From positions 1 through 64,000 of the IMG/VR virus record IMGVR_UViG_2767802105_000001: a DNA stretch of 64,000 bases. One strand, given 5' to 3'. The DNA is from a virus. Its lineage: Duplodnaviria > Caudoviricetes. A model generated the notes under the pieces. That model was not told the origin of the DNA. It saw nothing but the letters and a program-made list of their open reading frames with translations, and did no database searches. Shown in pieces: positions 61,915-64,000 of this stretch (position 1 is the stretch's first letter; every line of letters begins with the position of its first letter). The position numbers and the translations under genes were made by a program.

Positions 61915-62882
61915 TCACGCCGCGAGGGCGGGTGTGGCGTGGGCTGCGGCCATCAGCAGCCGGTGGCCGGCGGCGGTCTGCTGCGGGATGACGCCATTCC
62001 CGGCGATCCGCAGCAGCTCGGTGCGCGGTATCCCGGGCACGTCGGTGATCCAGCCAGCCGGCCAGCCCATCAAGAACTCGTAGGCCTCGGGGCTGACGCG
62101 CAGGTTGCCGCGCGCGTCCGGGGCCACCGGGGACGGCACCGGCCGTCCGGTGATGTCGGCCCAGCGGCGGACCGCCGGACCGTAGTCCCCCCCCCGAGCT
62201 CCGGCGAGTTCCAGTTCTCATCAAGGCGGACGGCGACACCGGGCAGGTAGTACACGCCCTTGCCGTCGCGCTGGTTGGGGCCCCCGTTCGGGCCGTCGGT
62301 GGCCTTCGGCGTGGGCAGCATCGGCAGCGGCGGGTACAGGGCCGCCGGGGCCGGGACTTCGATGGTGCCGCCGCTGCCAGGGACGGCGTAGCCGATCCAG
62401 CGGGGCCGGGTGTGCGGGGCACCAACCGCCGACGCTTTGGTGATCGTCCAGTACAGGTCGTAGCCCAGCTCGTTCAAGTTCGCCGCCACCGTCGGCAGCC
62501 CACGGCGCTTCAACGCGGCCACGTTCTCCAGGAACACCCGCGCCGGCCGGATCACCGATACGGCCTGGGCCACGTACCGCCACAGCCCCGACCGGGGATC
62601 GTCCAAGCCGAGGCGGTGGCCGTTGTTGCTGATGCCCTGGCACGGCCAGCCCACGATCAGCGTGTCCACGCCCGAGAACTGCTGGGCGGCCTCCCGGTAG
62701 TTGATCGCGTCGATGCCTCCCAGGTTCATGGCGCCCGGGAAGCGGGCGGCCATCACGGCGGAGGCGTGCGGGTTGTTCTCGGCGTAGGCGACCGTGCGGA
62801 TGCCGGTCTCGGCGCGGACGGCTTCCTCGAGCTGGCCGGAGCCGGAGCACAGGCCGATCGCTGTCGACGGGGTTGCGGTCAA
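61915..62882 (-). pseudogene. C5 DNA cytosine methyltransferase frameshifted at a G9 tract (62187-62195)
   Basis: GLCSGSG, GWPCQ, LENV, HTRPR in frame from TTG 62882; LMGWP and GNGVIP only in shifted frame ending 61915. Confidence 0.85.
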
Positions 62883-63001
62883 GGGTTCCTCCAGGTTGGG
62901 CCGCGTGTGCGGCGGGGGTTTCGACACCACCGGTCCCCGTGGCCGGCGGTAGGCTGCGGGCCAGACCCCGGCGTGGTTCGAGCACGCCGGGGTCGCCGCG
63001 T

Positions 63002-63274
63002 TCACGGGGTGGGGTGGGTCGCCGCGAGGCAGGCGGCGACGATCACGACGGTCGGGGTACCGCTCGGGAACTCGATGACGGTTCCGTTCGGGCATTCGAG
63101 GCCGGAGTCGTCGGACTCGTTGGTCAGCGCCCACAGCGCGCCGGACGGGTGCCGGAGCACTGTACGGGTCTCGTCGCACGTCCAACCCGCCGCTTGGAGG
63201 GCTTCGGTGACGTCGAGTCGGCCGTACCACTCGCCGGGCTCGGGCGGGCTGATGATCAGATGCAGGTCGGACAT
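63002..63274 (-). CDS. Hypothetical protein
   Basis: AAGGAG SD, MSDLHLIISPP... Confidence 0.7.
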   Translation of the reverse strand: MSDLHLIISPPEPGEWYGRLDVTEALQAAGWTCDETRTVLRHPSGALWALTNESDDSGLECPNGTVIEFPSGTPTVVIVAACLAATHPTP

Positions 63275-63297
63275 TGCTTCTCCTTCGGGTTGGCTGG

Positions 63298-63495
63298 TCA
63301 CAGCGACCAGAGGCTGGGCTGCATGGGCTGGAGCGGCAGTTCGGTCTGCCCCTCGCAGTGGACGGCCGCGGGTTCGGCCACCCGGGCAGGCGCCGGACGG
63401 GCCGGGGCCGGGTTGAGGCGGCGGAAACACACCGGGCCCAGGCCCGACGGCGACGGGCGACGCAGACGGCGGCCACACGCCGCGCGGCGGGACAT
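63298..63495 (-). CDS. DUF6011-like small protein
   Basis: CGRRL.....GLGPVC. Confidence 0.7.
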   Translation of the reverse strand: MSRRAACGRRLRRPSPSGLGPVCFRRLNPAPARPAPARVAEPAAVHCEGQTELPLQPMQPSLWSL

Positions 63496-64000
63496 CAGGC
63501 GGCCTCGGCGATCTGACCGCTGGACAGCGGCAGTCCGAACGCGGCGGCAATGACGTGCTCGGCCAGCAGGCAGGGCACGGCGTTGCCGATCTGTTCGAAC
63601 TGCTTGGTGCGGCTCCCCCGGAACGGGTGATCGGCGGGGAAAGACTGGAGGATCGCCGCGTCCTGGACGGACAGGCGGATGGTGTCCCGTCGTCCGCCGC
63701 GGTAGGCGGGCAGGTTGTCGGCGTCGACGATGCGGGTGCAGTCGATCCAGCGTCCGGCGTCGCGTTCGCCGTAGAGGGTGGCGCGGGCACCGGAGCCGCC
63801 GACGCAGGAGGGATCGGGCCCGCCGGCTGCGGTGCCGACGGCGACGGTGAGGGCGGGCCGGGCGGTCATGCCCCAGCCGATCGCGTCCGCCATGCTGATC
63901 CACGGCTTCAGCCCGAACACTTCCTGCACCTCGGTGACGCCCTTGCGGTACCGGTGGTGAGTCGGCTGCGGCAGCCGGGCCTCCCCGTCCAGGCTGGCGG
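63495..64000 (-). CDS. Second C5 DNA cytosine methyltransferase, C-terminal part (truncated by window)
   Basis: LSVQDAAILQSFP...QIGNAVP motifs IX-X. Confidence 0.88.
   Translation of the reverse strand, partial: ASLDGEARLPQPTHHRYRKGVTEVQEVFGLKPWISMADAIGWGMTARPALTVAVGTAAGGPDPSCVGGSGARATLYGERDAGRWIDCTRIVDADNLPAYRGGRRDTIRLSVQDAAILQSFPADHPFRGSRTKQFEQIGNAVPCLLAEHVIAAAFGLPLSSGQIAEAA

Larger units (their letters stand above)
1..64000. mobile_element. Temperate siphovirus (prophage or phage-plasmid) of a Streptomyces-like host, boundaries outside window
   Basis: Terminase, portal, capsid, tail, tape measure, lysis genes plus dense small phage-type ORFs; no host housekeeping genes seen. Confidence 0.93.

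Overview
The whole 64 kb window is high-GC, Streptomyces-like temperate siphovirus DNA (prophage or phage-plasmid); neither end, an attachment site, nor rep/par genes are visible. Left arm (1-11.1 kb): accessory genes including GntR, a LexA-HTH-only protein with an SOS-box-like site, Ku, a Ro60/TROVE gene preceded by two tandem Y RNAs (one a permuted tRNA mimic), and a Cre-like recombinase with a lox/dif-like site. Then the lysis cassette, a counter-oriented operon, tail and head genes on the minus strand, and a divergent packaging operon (MuF, terS, HNH, terL, portal) on the plus strand. Right arm (40-64 kb): many small early-type genes, a four-operator switch, an HD alarmone-hydrolase-like gene, a Streptomyces plasmid/AICE-type conjugation module (TraB, clt-like repeats, spread-like genes, Xis-like HTH, GntR), a RapZ-CTD gene bracketed by two copies of an unannotated structured motif, a Panacea/SocA toxin-antitoxin pair, MazG and two C5 methyltransferases (one split at a G9 tract). 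Best candidates for new biology: a virion-forming phage that may also conjugate, the two-Y-RNA Ro60 module, and the duplicated motif around the RapZ-CTD gene. All family assignments come from motif recognition by eye; no database searches were run.
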